In this document: positions 26,673 to 37,288 of the stretch, piece by piece | Layout: the number at the start of each line of letters is the position of its first letter | Position numbering within the stretch: the first letter of the stretch is position 1 | Assembly: GCA_964645485.1 (NCBI GenBank) | Contig: CAZXZO010000004.1 | Span: 1 to 64,000, forward strand | DNA: 64,000 bases | Direction: 5' to 3' | Source of the DNA: an uncultured Candidatus Poseidoniales archaeon | GTDB taxonomy: Archaea; Thermoplasmatota; Poseidoniia; Poseidoniales; Thalassarchaeaceae | Translations under genes and position numbers: made by a program | Notes under the pieces: generated by a model | The model's database searches: none | What the model saw: the letters and a program-made list of their open reading frames with translations, nothing else | What the model was told of the DNA's origin: nothing

Positions 26673-29600
26673 ATGAATATGAGAGACATTATCAAGACAT
26701 ATTTCAGAGAAAGAAGTTTGGTTAATCACCAGATTGCATCATACGATGATTGTTTGCCAAAGGGCGATGGACGAGATTGCCGTTTTGAGCAGATTGTCCG
26801 CAACATTCGTATCGGTACTGATGAAATCATTGACGATGACGAGGGCGGATTGGTGAAGCTTGACGTTCTAGACAATGAAATTTCTGTAAGAATGAAGAAT
26901 TTGACACTCGGACCACCTACAATTCGCGAGGCAAATGGTGCAAACAATGAGGACGCAACTCCCCTTGAGTGCCGTCTTCGTAAGTTGACATATTCTTCTC
27001 CGATTTTTATGGACTTCACAATACACCGTGAAGACCACCCAACACCAATCAAAGAAGATAGAGTCCAAGTTGGAAGCCTACCTGTAATGGTTCGTTCAGA
27101 AAGATGTAATCTAAATCCAGGTCACATCGACCAAAATCGAAATCTCAGCCCAGAGATGAGTGAAGAAGACCGCACTCATTACATGTCTCTTCTAAAGAAG
27201 AAGGGAGAAGATCCTTTCGACCCAGGTGGTTACTTCATCATCAATGGAACAGAAAGAGTTCTAATTTCGATGGAGGATTTGGCGCCAAACCGAGTTACTG
27301 TTGAGATGAGCAAGAGATACAGCAGGGCAACAGAAGTTGCAAAGATTTTCTCACAAAGAGATGGTGTTCGAAAGCCACTGACTGTTGAAAAGAGAAAAGA
27401 TGGCATGCTGATGGTGAAAATCAGCAGTGCTGGTGCTCAAGTTATTCCAGCAGTTCTACTAATGCGTGCTCTTGGAATCAATTCAGATGAGGAAATATTC
27501 GCATCGATTGCAGGCCACAAAGACGCTTTCAAGTACGTTGTTGCAAACATCAATCACGTCCGGGACTTGGATACTAAGGATGCTTATGGTGTGGAAACCA
27601 ACGAAGAAGCACTTGCATGGTTAGAGAAGAAATTCGCTGCTGGCCAGCAAAAAGAATATCGTGAACAGCGTGTCAACAATCTAATGGATAAGGAATTACT
27701 TCCTCACCTAGGTGACCAACCCGAGCACCGTTTGAAGAAAGCGGTCTTCCTTGGGCGGATTGTTCGTCAAGTTCTAGAAATGGCAATTACTCAAGGTAAG
27801 CCAAATGATAAGGATCACTACGCAAACAAGCGTGTCCGTCTTGCTGGAGATTTAATCGAAGATTTATTCAGAGTCAGCATGACTCAACTCGCTCGTGACC
27901 TCAAGTACCAACTTGAGCGCCACCACAACAGAAAACGTGAACTAAAAATCAATAGTTGTCTACGACCAGATGTTTTGACATCAAAAATCATGCACGCTCT
28001 TGCTACAGGGAACTGGGTTGGTGGTAGAACTGGTGTCAGCCAATTGCTTGACAGAACAACCTTCATCTCAGCGCTTTCACATATGCGCCGAGTCACAAGC
28101 CCACTTGTGAGAAGCCAACCACATTTCGAAGCTAGAGATCTTCACCCAACTCAATGGGGTCGTTTATGTCCGAACGAAACCCCTGAGGGACAAAACTGTG
28201 GTTTGGTAAAGAATGCAGCACAAATGATTGATGTTTCAGAAGCAGTATCAGAAGAAGATGTAAAAGAATTGCTAAAAGAGGCTAATGTCATTGAGCCAGA
28301 AGATTGGTCAGAAGGTTCCCGAATTCACGTGAATGGAGACATTTTCGGTCTACACAAGAATCCTCACCGATTGGTTACTCACTTCAAACGCCGAAGAAGG
28401 AATGGAAGAATACGCCCTGAAGTCAGTATTCGCCACGACTCAGTGAACCGTGATATATTCATCAATACAGACAAAGGAAGAATTCTGCGTCCGTTATTAG
28501 TTCTTGAGAGCGGCAATCTTTCTCTAGCAAAGGAGCACTTAGTTGCTCTTGCAGACCGTGAGATGAACTTCAAAGACCTCGTAAACGAAGGAGTAGTTGA
28601 ATGGGTAGATGCAGAAGAAGAAGAAGACCTTCTTGTCGCTCCACGGCCTTACGACCTACCAACACTTTCTCCAAAACACCAGCGCCCAATCGACCCAGCA
28701 AAGGTCACATGGACAAATCTCGGTGAGTTTGACATTTCAGAAGCAGAGTTAGAGGTGGAAGTCCAATTATCCAATGGTGCATGGGTGACAGAGAAATTCA
28801 CTCGCCCTCTGAACTATTTCCAAGAAGATATTGAGAAGCTTCGCCGCAAAGAAAAGAAGAGTGGCAATGTATTAGTTTATACTCACGTTGAAATTGACCC
28901 GCAGTTGATTTTGGGTGTTTGTGCGAGTTTAGTCCCATTCCCCGAACACAACTCGACCCCTCGAGTTACTGGTGGAACTGCAATGGTCAAACAATCTCTT
29001 GGCCTACCAGCAAGTAATCACCGCGTAAGACCTGATACTCGAATGCACATTCTAGACTACCCGCAACGATCTATCGTGCAAACACAATCAATGGAATCAA
29101 CAAACTTTGTCAATCGCCCTGGTGGACAAAATTATATCGTTGCAATTCTAAGTCATCACGGCTATAATATGCAGGACGCGGTCATTATGAACCGTGCTTC
29201 AGTTGAAAGAGCACTTGGTCGTTCAAGTTTCGTTAGAACTTACAATGCTGAAAGGAAGAGATTCCCCGGTGGACAAGAAGAAGAAATCCAAATCCCTGGT
29301 GCGGGACAAGATGAAGTTAAAGGTCGTAAAGACAGCAAAGAGTATGCTCACTTGGAGTACGATGGGTTACCTCATCCAGAAACTATGCTTTCAGGAAAGA
29401 GAGATGAGGACCCCGCTGTGTTGGTTGGAAAGACAAGTCCCCCAAGATTCCTAGAGGAAGGTCATGGTGCTTTCATGATGGGACAATACCGCCAAGAATC
29501 CAGTATGCATGTGAGGCATGGAGAAAATGGTCATGTTGACCATTTGTTCGTGACTGAGAGCCTCGATGCTGGGCGTTTAGTAAGAATCGTACTACGTCAA

Positions 29601-30356
29601 CACAGAATCCCTGAATTGGGTGATAAATTTTCATCAAGACACGGGCAAAAAGGAGTTGTTGGCCGCTTGGTTGACCAAGAAGATATGCCGTTCACTGTTG
29701 ATGGAGTCGTGCCTGATTTGATTATCAACCCACACGCTATTCCTAGCAGAATGACAGTCGCTCACATTCTAGAAATGATTGGCGGCAAGGTTGGTGCCAT
29801 GGAAGGTAGATATGTTGATGCTTCAGCATTCTCTGGTGAAAAAGAGACTGCTCTTCGAGAAGGATTGCTGCGAAACGGATTCCAGCATACAGGAAGAGAA
29901 CGCATGATCAATGGTGAAACTGGTGATGAGTACGAATCAAACGTTTTCGTTGGTTGTATCTATTATCAGAAACTGCACCACATGGTTAGCAGTAAAATCC
30001 ACGCACGAAGTCGTGGAAGAGTGCAAATATTGACTCGTCAACCCACAGAAGGTCGAGCTCGACAAGGTGGACTACGGTTCGGAGAGATGGAGAGAGACTG
30101 TCTGATTGCTCATGGTGCTTCCATGGTTATCAAAGACAGACTATTGGATGAATCAGACGGTGTTACCCTGCCAGTTTGTGCCGAAAGCGGTCACATTGCA
30201 TACTGGGATAATCGCCGCCGCTGTTACGTCAGCCCGGTGTATGGTGAAAGTGCAGAAGTTCATCTTGTAGAAACCTCATATGCATTCAAGTTATTACTAG
30301 ACGAAATGAAATCACTTGGAGTTGCCATGCGACTTCAATTGGAGGACAGGAGGTGA
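26673..30356 (+). CDS. rpoB: RNA polymerase subunit B (Rpo2, unsplit)
   Basis: GGYFIINGTERV, CPNETPEGQNCGLVKN, GDKFSSRHGQKG, GGLRFGEMERD. Confidence 0.98.
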   Translation: MNMRDIIKTYFRERSLVNHQIASYDDCLPKGDGRDCRFEQIVRNIRIGTDEIIDDDEGGLVKLDVLDNEISVRMKNLTLGPPTIREANGANNEDATPLECRLRKLTYSSPIFMDFTIHREDHPTPIKEDRVQVGSLPVMVRSERCNLNPGHIDQNRNLSPEMSEEDRTHYMSLLKKKGEDPFDPGGYFIINGTERVLISMEDLAPNRVTVEMSKRYSRATEVAKIFSQRDGVRKPLTVEKRKDGMLMVKISSAGAQVIPAVLLMRALGINSDEEIFASIAGHKDAFKYVVANINHVRDLDTKDAYGVETNEEALAWLEKKFAAGQQKEYREQRVNNLMDKELLPHLGDQPEHRLKKAVFLGRIVRQVLEMAITQGKPNDKDHYANKRVRLAGDLIEDLFRVSMTQLARDLKYQLERHHNRKRELKINSCLRPDVLTSKIMHALATGNWVGGRTGVSQLLDRTTFISALSHMRRVTSPLVRSQPHFEARDLHPTQWGRLCPNETPEGQNCGLVKNAAQMIDVSEAVSEEDVKELLKEANVIEPEDWSEGSRIHVNGDIFGLHKNPHRLVTHFKRRRRNGRIRPEVSIRHDSVNRDIFINTDKGRILRPLLVLESGNLSLAKEHLVALADREMNFKDLVNEGVVEWVDAEEEEDLLVAPRPYDLPTLSPKHQRPIDPAKVTWTNLGEFDISEAELEVEVQLSNGAWVTEKFTRPLNYFQEDIEKLRRKEKKSGNVLVYTHVEIDPQLILGVCASLVPFPEHNSTPRVTGGTAMVKQSLGLPASNHRVRPDTRMHILDYPQRSIVQTQSMESTNFVNRPGGQNYIVAILSHHGYNMQDAVIMNRASVERALGRSSFVRTYNAERKRFPGGQEEEIQIPGAGQDEVKGRKDSKEYAHLEYDGLPHPETMLSGKRDEDPAVLVGKTSPPRFLEEGHGAFMMGQYRQESSMHVRHGENGHVDHLFVTESLDAGRLVRIVLRQHRIPELGDKFSSRHGQKGVVGRLVDQEDMPFTVDGVVPDLIINPHAIPSRMTVAHILEMIGGKVGAMEGRYVDASAFSGEKETALREGLLRNGFQHTGRERMINGETGDEYESNVFVGCIYYQKLHHMVSSKIHARSRGRVQILTRQPTEGRARQGGLRFGEMERDCLIAHGASMVIKDRLLDESDGVTLPVCAESGHIAYWDNRRRCYVSPVYGESAEVHLVETSYAFKLLLDEMKSLGVAMRLQLEDRR

Positions 30357-30361
30357 TTTGA

Positions 30362-33300
30362 ATGGCTAAAAAACTAGATGCATCAAAGATTCCAAAGCGT
30401 ATTGCTTCAATCAAATTTGGATTGATGGCACCAAACGAGATCCGCCGACTGAGCGCAGTAGAAGTCAAAACTGCTGATACTTACAAGGACGATGGACACG
30501 CATTCCACCAAGGTCTAATGGACCCTCAGATGGGTGTAATTGAACAAGGAATTCGTTGTGAAACTTGCGGAAATAAGCATGATGAGTGTCCAAGTCACTT
30601 CGGTCACATACAACTCGAATTACCTGTTATCCACTGTGGTTTCACACCACTCATCAAGACTGCACTGAAGACCACTTGCAACAAATGTTACCGTGTTCTT
30701 CTGCACGAAACCCCAGGTACGCACCCAGTTGATAGTGAACTTTCAGAGCAAGATTTCTATCGTAACAGAGTATTGGATATCATTCAGAAGCACGGTCCAG
30801 GTTCACCTGAACTAAAGAAAATCATCAAGGATATTGAGAAAACTTGCAGTGGTAAAAAGCGAATGGTTTGCATGCACTGTGGAAGCGAACAAGGAAAAAT
30901 CTTACTTGAGAAGCCGACAACTTTCAAAGAAAAGAAAGAGGACAAGAGCGAGCACAAATTGAACGCTAGAGATATTCGTGAATGGCTTGAAGGAATTCCT
31001 GCTGATGACCTAATTTACATAGGGATGGATAAGGAATCAAACCGTCCAGAATGGGTAGTCATGAGAGTGCTTCCAGTACCGCCGATTACCGTACGCCCTT
31101 CTATCACACTAGAAAGTGGTGACCGTTCAGAGGACGACCTAACCCACAAGCTTGTGGATGTATTGAGAATCAATCAACGATTACGAGAAAATCGTGACCA
31201 AGGTGCTCCACAACTGATTGTAGAAGACCTTTGGGAACTTCTCCAATATCACATAACTACTTACTTTGACAACCAAACAAGTGGTGTTCCACCGGCTCGT
31301 CACCGTAGTGGTAGGCCACTCAAGACGCTAACACAGCGATTGAAAGGTAAGGAAGGAAGATTCCGTAGTAACTTGTCTGGAAAGCGTGTGAACTTCTGTG
31401 CGCGTTCAGTTATTTCACCAGATCCATTCTTAGGAATAAACGAAGTTGGTGTACCCGAGCAATCTGCGAAAGATTTGACCGTGCCAATCCGTGTTACCAA
31501 GCGTAACCGTGAACAACTTCGTGAGATGATTTTGCGCGGACCTGATAATCACCCCGGTGTGAATTATATTGTTCGCGGCGACACTCACCGTGTTCGAATT
31601 ACTGACAGAACCAAGTTCATTTGGTCTGGTTTCCGCTGTATGAATCCTGTTTGTGATGGGGGAGACCCTGAACGTGATGAGCCTTACGAGGGAATGGCTC
31701 CAGAACTTAACGAAGTTCTCAGAGCACCAAATTTCTTGCCTGGTTTAGTTATCAAGAAGGAAAATCGTCGTACTATTGAAGGTTTACAAGAGAACTGGGT
31801 TGCTGATTTAGAGGCTACAATTGCTAACTTACGTGGCGAAGATGAGAATGGAAATCAACTTCCTGATGATGACCCACGCACAATCATCCACAACCGCTGG
31901 AGATGGGAGCAAGAACAAGCTGAAGACGCTCCATACCCTGAACATCTGGATGTCATTTGCCCACACTGTGGTTCACCATGGGATGAGGAAGATGAAGAAA
32001 GAACACAGGTAGAGGACAGACTTGCAACTGTTGATTTGGATGGAAGCCCCAAGCCAGGTATGGTAGTTGAGCGCCATTTGATTGACGGCGATGTTGTAAT
32101 TTTCAACCGACAACCTTCACTTCACCGTATGTCAATGATGGTTCACGAAGTAAGAGTGATGGAGGGTAAAACATTCCGTTTCAATCTGTCAGTTTGTACT
32201 CCTTACAACGCTGATTTCGATGGTGATGAGATGAATCTCCACATTATTCAGTCAGAGGAGGCTCGTGCTGAAGCGAAGGTTTTGATGCGTGTGCAAGAGA
32301 ATATTCTGAGCCCACGTTACGGTGGCGCAGTTATTGGAGGTATTCACGACCACATTTCAGGTGCATATTTGCTGACCAATAGCGACCGTATTGTTGCCAA
32401 AGGACAAGCCTTAGAAATCCTAAGTAAAATCAATTGGACTGGTACTTTGCCAAAGGAAGTCAAAGGCGAAAACGGCGAAATTGGTTACAATGGACGTGAA
32501 CTTCTGAATTTGATTATACCTTCAGGCATTAATCTAAGTTACAAGAGTCGAAGTAACGACCAAGTTGAAGTCATTGATGGTGAAATTCTATCAGGTACTA
32601 TCGACAAGACAGGTATTGGTGCAGAGGATGGAAAACTGCTTGATGCGGTACTCCAAGTTCATGGGAGCACAAGGGGAGCACAATTCCTCAACGAGTTAAC
32701 TCAACTTACAATTGGAATATGTACTGCTCTAGGATTTACTACTGGAATTGATGATGAAGACCTTCCACCAGCAGCACGCTCAGAAATCACTGAGATAAAC
32801 TCAACAGCTATTGCAGATGTCGATGCAAAACTCGAACAATATGGTAAGAGCGGGCGTGGTTACGAAGCAAGACCGGGGCGCACTCCATTAGAAACCCTTG
32901 AAGAAGATATCATGCAGATTCTGGACCAGTCGAGATCAAGAACTGGTGAAATTGCAAAGGAACATCTAGCGAGTGATAACGCTGCAGTAATGATGGCTGT
33001 ATCGGGCGCTCGTGGTTCTATGGACAATCTTTCAATGATGGCCGGTTCAATTGGACAGACTCGAGTTCGTGGTCAGCGTCTTGAGAGAGGTTACAAGGAT
33101 AGAGTACTTTCACACTTTGAGAGAAATGCGAAGGGTGCACAGGAGAAAGGATTTGTTCAATCTTCATTCAAGAGAGGACTAGAACCAACAGAGTTCTTTA
33201 TGCTCTCAGTATCTGGAAGAGAATCTCTGGTCGATACTGCTGTTCGTACCAGCAAATCAGGATATATGCAGCGCCGTCTCATCAATGCGATGGACGATTT

Positions 33301-33460
33301 GAAGGTTCACGGAGATTCTCATCACTCAGTTAGAAACACTGCGGACAGAATTATCCAATTCAGTTATGGTGAGGATGGAACTGACCCAACAAGAAGTATC
33401 AGAGGTTCTGCAATTAATATCAGAGATGTTCTTGATAACGCACTAGGAGGTGAGAAGTAA
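30362..33460 (+). CDS. rpoA1: RNA polymerase subunit A' (Rpo1N) with large insertion
   Basis: [25 protein letters not shown], active site [22 protein letters not shown]. Confidence 0.98.
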   Translation: MAKKLDASKIPKRIASIKFGLMAPNEIRRLSAVEVKTADTYKDDGHAFHQGLMDPQMGVIEQGIRCETCGNKHDECPSHFGHIQLELPVIHCGFTPLIKTALKTTCNKCYRVLLHETPGTHPVDSELSEQDFYRNRVLDIIQKHGPGSPELKKIIKDIEKTCSGKKRMVCMHCGSEQGKILLEKPTTFKEKKEDKSEHKLNARDIREWLEGIPADDLIYIGMDKESNRPEWVVMRVLPVPPITVRPSITLESGDRSEDDLTHKLVDVLRINQRLRENRDQGAPQLIVEDLWELLQYHITTYFDNQTSGVPPARHRSGRPLKTLTQRLKGKEGRFRSNLSGKRVNFCARSVISPDPFLGINEVGVPEQSAKDLTVPIRVTKRNREQLREMILRGPDNHPGVNYIVRGDTHRVRITDRTKFIWSGFRCMNPVCDGGDPERDEPYEGMAPELNEVLRAPNFLPGLVIKKENRRTIEGLQENWVADLEATIANLRGEDENGNQLPDDDPRTIIHNRWRWEQEQAEDAPYPEHLDVICPHCGSPWDEEDEERTQVEDRLATVDLDGSPKPGMVVERHLIDGDVVIFNRQPSLHRMSMMVHEVRVMEGKTFRFNLSVCTPYNADFDGDEMNLHIIQSEEARAEAKVLMRVQENILSPRYGGAVIGGIHDHISGAYLLTNSDRIVAKGQALEILSKINWTGTLPKEVKGENGEIGYNGRELLNLIIPSGINLSYKSRSNDQVEVIDGEILSGTIDKTGIGAEDGKLLDAVLQVHGSTRGAQFLNELTQLTIGICTALGFTTGIDDEDLPPAARSEITEINSTAIADVDAKLEQYGKSGRGYEARPGRTPLETLEEDIMQILDQSRSRTGEIAKEHLASDNAAVMMAVSGARGSMDNLSMMAGSIGQTRVRGQRLERGYKDRVLSHFERNAKGAQEKGFVQSSFKRGLEPTEFFMLSVSGRESLVDTAVRTSKSGYMQRRLINAMDDLKVHGDSHHSVRNTADRIIQFSYGEDGTDPTRSIRGSAINIRDVLDNALGGEK

Positions 33461-34995
33461 TGGTAGTTAAGTCAGCAACCAAGAAGAAACTCATGGATAT
33501 GGGTATTCCCGAAGATTATGCACATAATCTCGCTGATGGCCGCAAATGGGATGATGTCAAGATATTATCACAAGGTGAAATTGCAAAGATTTGTGGACTT
33601 TCATCAGATGAAGCAGATAAATTATCTCAAGTAATTCAAAAGTTCGGAAAGCGAACTCGTTCTACTGCAGCATCAACAACTAGCACCACTGTCGTCCGTC
33701 GCCGTGCAGCAAAGAGGAGAGTCAAAGTTCAGCAAGAACTTGAACAATTTGACCCCGAATTGAAAATGGAACAACTGAATAGAGGCCTAAACGCTACAGA
33801 TATTTTTACCGCTTTGGTTAATGCTGCGGAAAAGGAAGGTTCAACACTTTCCAAACTTGTCTTGAGTAATTTAGCCGACCAAATTGAGAAGCGGGGGATG
33901 AACAAATTGACAGCCAAGCAAGCATCATCAGTTATACAAGAAGCAGACCAAGCTTCTGTGGCTACTGGAGTAGATCCGTTTGAAGCAGTTGGAATTGTTA
34001 CTGCACAATCAATCGGAGAACCAGGAACCCAGATGACTATGCGTACTTTCCACTATGCGGGTGTAGCAACTGTAAACGTCACTCAAGGTTTGCCAAGAAT
34101 CATTGAGATTGTTGATGCTCGAAAGAAATCATCGACTCCAACAATGAGAATTCACTTGGATGATGAATTAAAGCATGATGAAAAGAAAGTCAGAAATCTT
34201 GCAGCTTCTCTTGAAATAACTGATGCTAAAGACATTGCAGTCATTGAGACTGATGTCACACAGCGCAGAATTACTTTGAAATTAATTCCATCAAACATGA
34301 AACAGAAAGGTGTTAAACCCGTTGAAGTCAAAGAGATACTTTCTCGCAGACTTCGTCTTTTCATCGAAGCAGATAACGATGTTCGACCAAAGTTGTTGAC
34401 CATCATTCCAGGTCGAAAGAAAGAAAGCGACGATGTCACTCCGAATTACACTGAATTGTTGGCATTAGAAGAAAAAGTGAAGGAATTACGCTTGAAAGGT
34501 GTAACCGATATTCAGCGAGCAAACACGCAGAAAGATGCAGGAACTGGAGAATATTATATCGCTACCATTGGAAGTAATCTAGCAGCAGTAAGTGAATTTG
34601 AAGGAATTGACCGTGCTCGAACATACACTAACAACATCACCGAGATCCACCAATATCTAGGGGTTGAGGCGGCACGACAAGCGATAATTAATGAATTAAT
34701 TTTGACTCTTCAAGATGCACGTTTGGATGTTGATGTAAGACATTTGATTACTGTAGCCGATGTTATGACAAGTGAAGGCGAAGTTCGTGCAATCGGACGC
34801 CACGGTGTTTCAGGAAACAAACACAGTATCTTGGCTCGTGCTGCTTTCGAAGTAACAGTGAACCATCTTCTAAGAGCTGGAATCATTGGCGAACAAGACG
34901 AATTAGCTGGAGTTGCTGAGAACATTATTGTTGGACAACCTGTTGCCCTTGGCACTGGTAGTGTTGAACTGTTCTACATCCCAGATGAGGAATAA
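33460..34995 (+). CDS. rpoA2: RNA polymerase subunit A'' (Rpo1C) with N-terminal extension
   Basis: [40 protein letters not shown]...GTG. Confidence 0.97.
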   Translation: MVVKSATKKKLMDMGIPEDYAHNLADGRKWDDVKILSQGEIAKICGLSSDEADKLSQVIQKFGKRTRSTAASTTSTTVVRRRAAKRRVKVQQELEQFDPELKMEQLNRGLNATDIFTALVNAAEKEGSTLSKLVLSNLADQIEKRGMNKLTAKQASSVIQEADQASVATGVDPFEAVGIVTAQSIGEPGTQMTMRTFHYAGVATVNVTQGLPRIIEIVDARKKSSTPTMRIHLDDELKHDEKKVRNLAASLEITDAKDIAVIETDVTQRRITLKLIPSNMKQKGVKPVEVKEILSRRLRLFIEADNDVRPKLLTIIPGRKKESDDVTPNYTELLALEEKVKELRLKGVTDIQRANTQKDAGTGEYYIATIGSNLAAVSEFEGIDRARTYTNNITEIHQYLGVEAARQAIINELILTLQDARLDVDVRHLITVADVMTSEGEVRAIGRHGVSGNKHSILARAAFEVTVNHLLRAGIIGEQDELAGVAENIIVGQPVALGTGSVELFYIPDEE

Positions 34996-35042
34996 TTAAA
35001 ATCCCACCATGAGAAACAAATGTGGAGTATGGAGGAATAAAA

Positions 35043-35342
35043 ATGGATATAGTAAAACAATTAAAAACAGCGATTAAGAATGGTACCTTGCTATTTGGTC
35101 AAAACCAAACTGCAACGGCTTGTGCACATGGGGAAGCGAAATTAGTTATTTTAGCGGCAAATTGCCCCCAAGATTATGTGGAAGAATTACACAGTAGTCA
35201 TCCAGATATACCCATTCACAGGGTATCGATGGTCAATAGAGAATTAGGCGCTGCTTGCGCAAAGCCATTCCATGTCAGTTCTATTTGTGTGGTTGATGCA
35301 GGTAGCAGCGATTTACTCTCATTGAGAAGTAACCTTGAATGA
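35043..35342 (+). CDS. rpl30e: 50S ribosomal protein L30e
   Basis: G.LLFG, AKLVILAANCP, ELGAACAKPF, DAGSS; canonical position after rpoA2. Confidence 0.88.
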   Translation: MDIVKQLKTAIKNGTLLFGQNQTATACAHGEAKLVILAANCPQDYVEELHSSHPDIPIHRVSMVNRELGAACAKPFHVSSICVVDAGSSDLLSLRSNLE

Positions 35343-35431
35343 TTCCGCGAAATCAGTTTAACTCTGAATCTGGCCCTAAAGGGCCAACATCAAGGCGAGC
35401 ATTGATGTGTCAATGAAGTAGCCGAGCATCA

Positions 35432-36388
35432 ATGACAGTTTCTTTACCGTCAGTTCTCAAAGAACTTGGAATTGAAGTAAAGTCTGTATCCATCATTTCT
35501 AGAACTCCGGGAATTAATTGTTTGGGGATTATTGAATCCATAACAAATTCTGATGCTGGTTGCCCTGTGCAAACAGGAACCCACATCTGGCATGCTCAAC
35601 CCGGTTGGGCACCGATTGACAGAATGGAATTGGAGCGCTGGATAGTGGATGCGCCTGATGGTTCACATTGGCTCGTTTCAGAACGGAGATTAATTGATTT
35701 AGACCGAACAACGGTTTCTGAACGAATTAACTTGGTACTTTGGGGATGCGAGGAACTTTCAAATTGGCTTGGTAAATCGATCCTCAATGGCAAATTAAAC
35801 TTACAATTTGATGAAACACCGGCTTCTCCCACAATAGGTGGAATTACCAAGAGAGCAGTCAAATCGGCTCCTAAAATTCCTAAAGCACAGGCAATCAAAC
35901 CAATTATCAAACTGACAGAATGGCTTTCACAACGTGGATATGAGCGATTGGAAGTACGGCCAGTGTTACTTGAAGGAAAAAGTTGGCAAATTGATGGCCA
36001 TCTACTTGGCCCAGAAGGAACTAAGGAAAGGCAGCGCTGGTCGTTAATCGAAGACCCTTTTTCAGGCCAACTAACAAGAATGGGTGATTCCGAACCCCTA
36101 CCGTTTGTACCCCAACTCGAGAAGATCTCTCCTAGGTCATGGAAAACTATGGAGATGGTGCGCTCTGAACTGCCCTCAGTGTGTGAGGAACGGAGACATT
36201 GGAGAGTTAGTCAAACTTCGGATGGGGGGAATGTTCACGGGAGTATCCTGCATTGGTGGCGCATTGAGGAGAAGGTTGCCCAAATGACTTCTTCACCTAT
36301 CTTGATACCCGGATGGCAAGTTGATTTCCCAAGTAATGGGTGGATGATTGTACACGGTTTAAGTGGTGAAATACTAAATCTTCCTTGA
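35432..36388 (+). CDS. Hypothetical protein, possibly with a degenerate nuclease-fold N-domain
   Basis: 318-aa ORF; LVLWGCEELS resembles Mrr-like domain ends, but no catalytic motif is recognisable. Confidence 0.6.
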   Translation: MTVSLPSVLKELGIEVKSVSIISRTPGINCLGIIESITNSDAGCPVQTGTHIWHAQPGWAPIDRMELERWIVDAPDGSHWLVSERRLIDLDRTTVSERINLVLWGCEELSNWLGKSILNGKLNLQFDETPASPTIGGITKRAVKSAPKIPKAQAIKPIIKLTEWLSQRGYERLEVRPVLLEGKSWQIDGHLLGPEGTKERQRWSLIEDPFSGQLTRMGDSEPLPFVPQLEKISPRSWKTMEMVRSELPSVCEERRHWRVSQTSDGGNVHGSILHWWRIEEKVAQMTSSPILIPGWQVDFPSNGWMIVHGLSGEILNLP

Positions 36389-36415
36389 GCGCAAAATAAC
36401 GAATAATTAGCATCG

Positions 36416-37108
36416 CTAATCAAACAGTGGGCCTAAGATTGTCACTCCACCTGCACTAATGTCAATGGCTTGCTTTTCCATACTGTGTCGCAAATGCCTC
36501 ATTTTTTCTATTTGCATTGTCCGGACAATTTTTCCATTTCTTCTATCTAATCCTAGGTTGATGATTCCATCTGCAATGAACCCTTCATTTCCTTGTAATT
36601 CAGCATGTTCGCCAGTTTGCCTCTCTGTGATAATGATGGTGTACAAGCCTTGAGTTCTGAGGAAGTCGAAGAATCCAAACATCTTCTTCCTCATCTCAGC
36701 GTCAACGCTAGTTAGGCTGTAAATTGCTCCAAGGCTATCAAGTACGAAAACAGAGAATTGGTCGCCTCTTTCTTGCTTAAAGTGTTGAATCATTCGCCGC
36801 GTAAACTTGAGGTAATCCATTGCTTCATTTTCCTTTCTCAATTCGGTTAAATCTGTGATTTGCAAGTTAGGTGGTAGTTCAAGACCCATTGAATTACATG
36901 TTTTAAGCAGGCTGTCAACGGTTTCTTCAACTGTGCAATATAATCCAAACCCACCTGTTCTTCGCAAATGATTAGAGATTATAGAGAGGGAAAAACTGGT
37001 TTTCATTGAGCCAGGAGGGCCAGTTAGTAGACTCAGATATGGTGGTTCCGCGTCTCGACTTAGTACCCGCTCCATTCCTGCAATGCCGCCAATATACATA
37101 GTTCCCAT
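36416..37108 (-). CDS. KaiC/RAD55-like single-domain RecA-family ATPase
   Basis: GPPGSMKT Walker A, TVEE, VLDSL Walker B, ITE, ADGIINL, IEKMR...H. Confidence 0.87.
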   Translation of the reverse strand: MGTMYIGGIAGMERVLSRDAEPPYLSLLTGPPGSMKTSFSLSIISNHLRRTGGFGLYCTVEETVDSLLKTCNSMGLELPPNLQITDLTELRKENEAMDYLKFTRRMIQHFKQERGDQFSVFVLDSLGAIYSLTSVDAEMRKKMFGFFDFLRTQGLYTIIITERQTGEHAELQGNEGFIADGIINLGLDRRNGKIVRTMQIEKMRHLRHSMEKQAIDISAGGVTILGPLFD

Positions 37109-37288
37109 GAAGGCGATTTTATACTCAGTATTTATTGTTGTTGAAAGCACACACTGAATATCTGCTTGAATTGTCAATATACATCTAAAGCCATTAAAAT
37201 CATAGTGGTTAAATGCCCCACCTCAGTCGAAGGCTTGTGAAGTACCGGCCCTATGGGCCGTGAGAATGAGATTGGGAGCTGGTGATTG

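Noticed and set aside
31616-32050. Intein in RpoA'
   Set aside because: No N-terminal Cys/Ser block, no His-Asn end and no LAGLIDADG motifs; it looks like a domain insertion.
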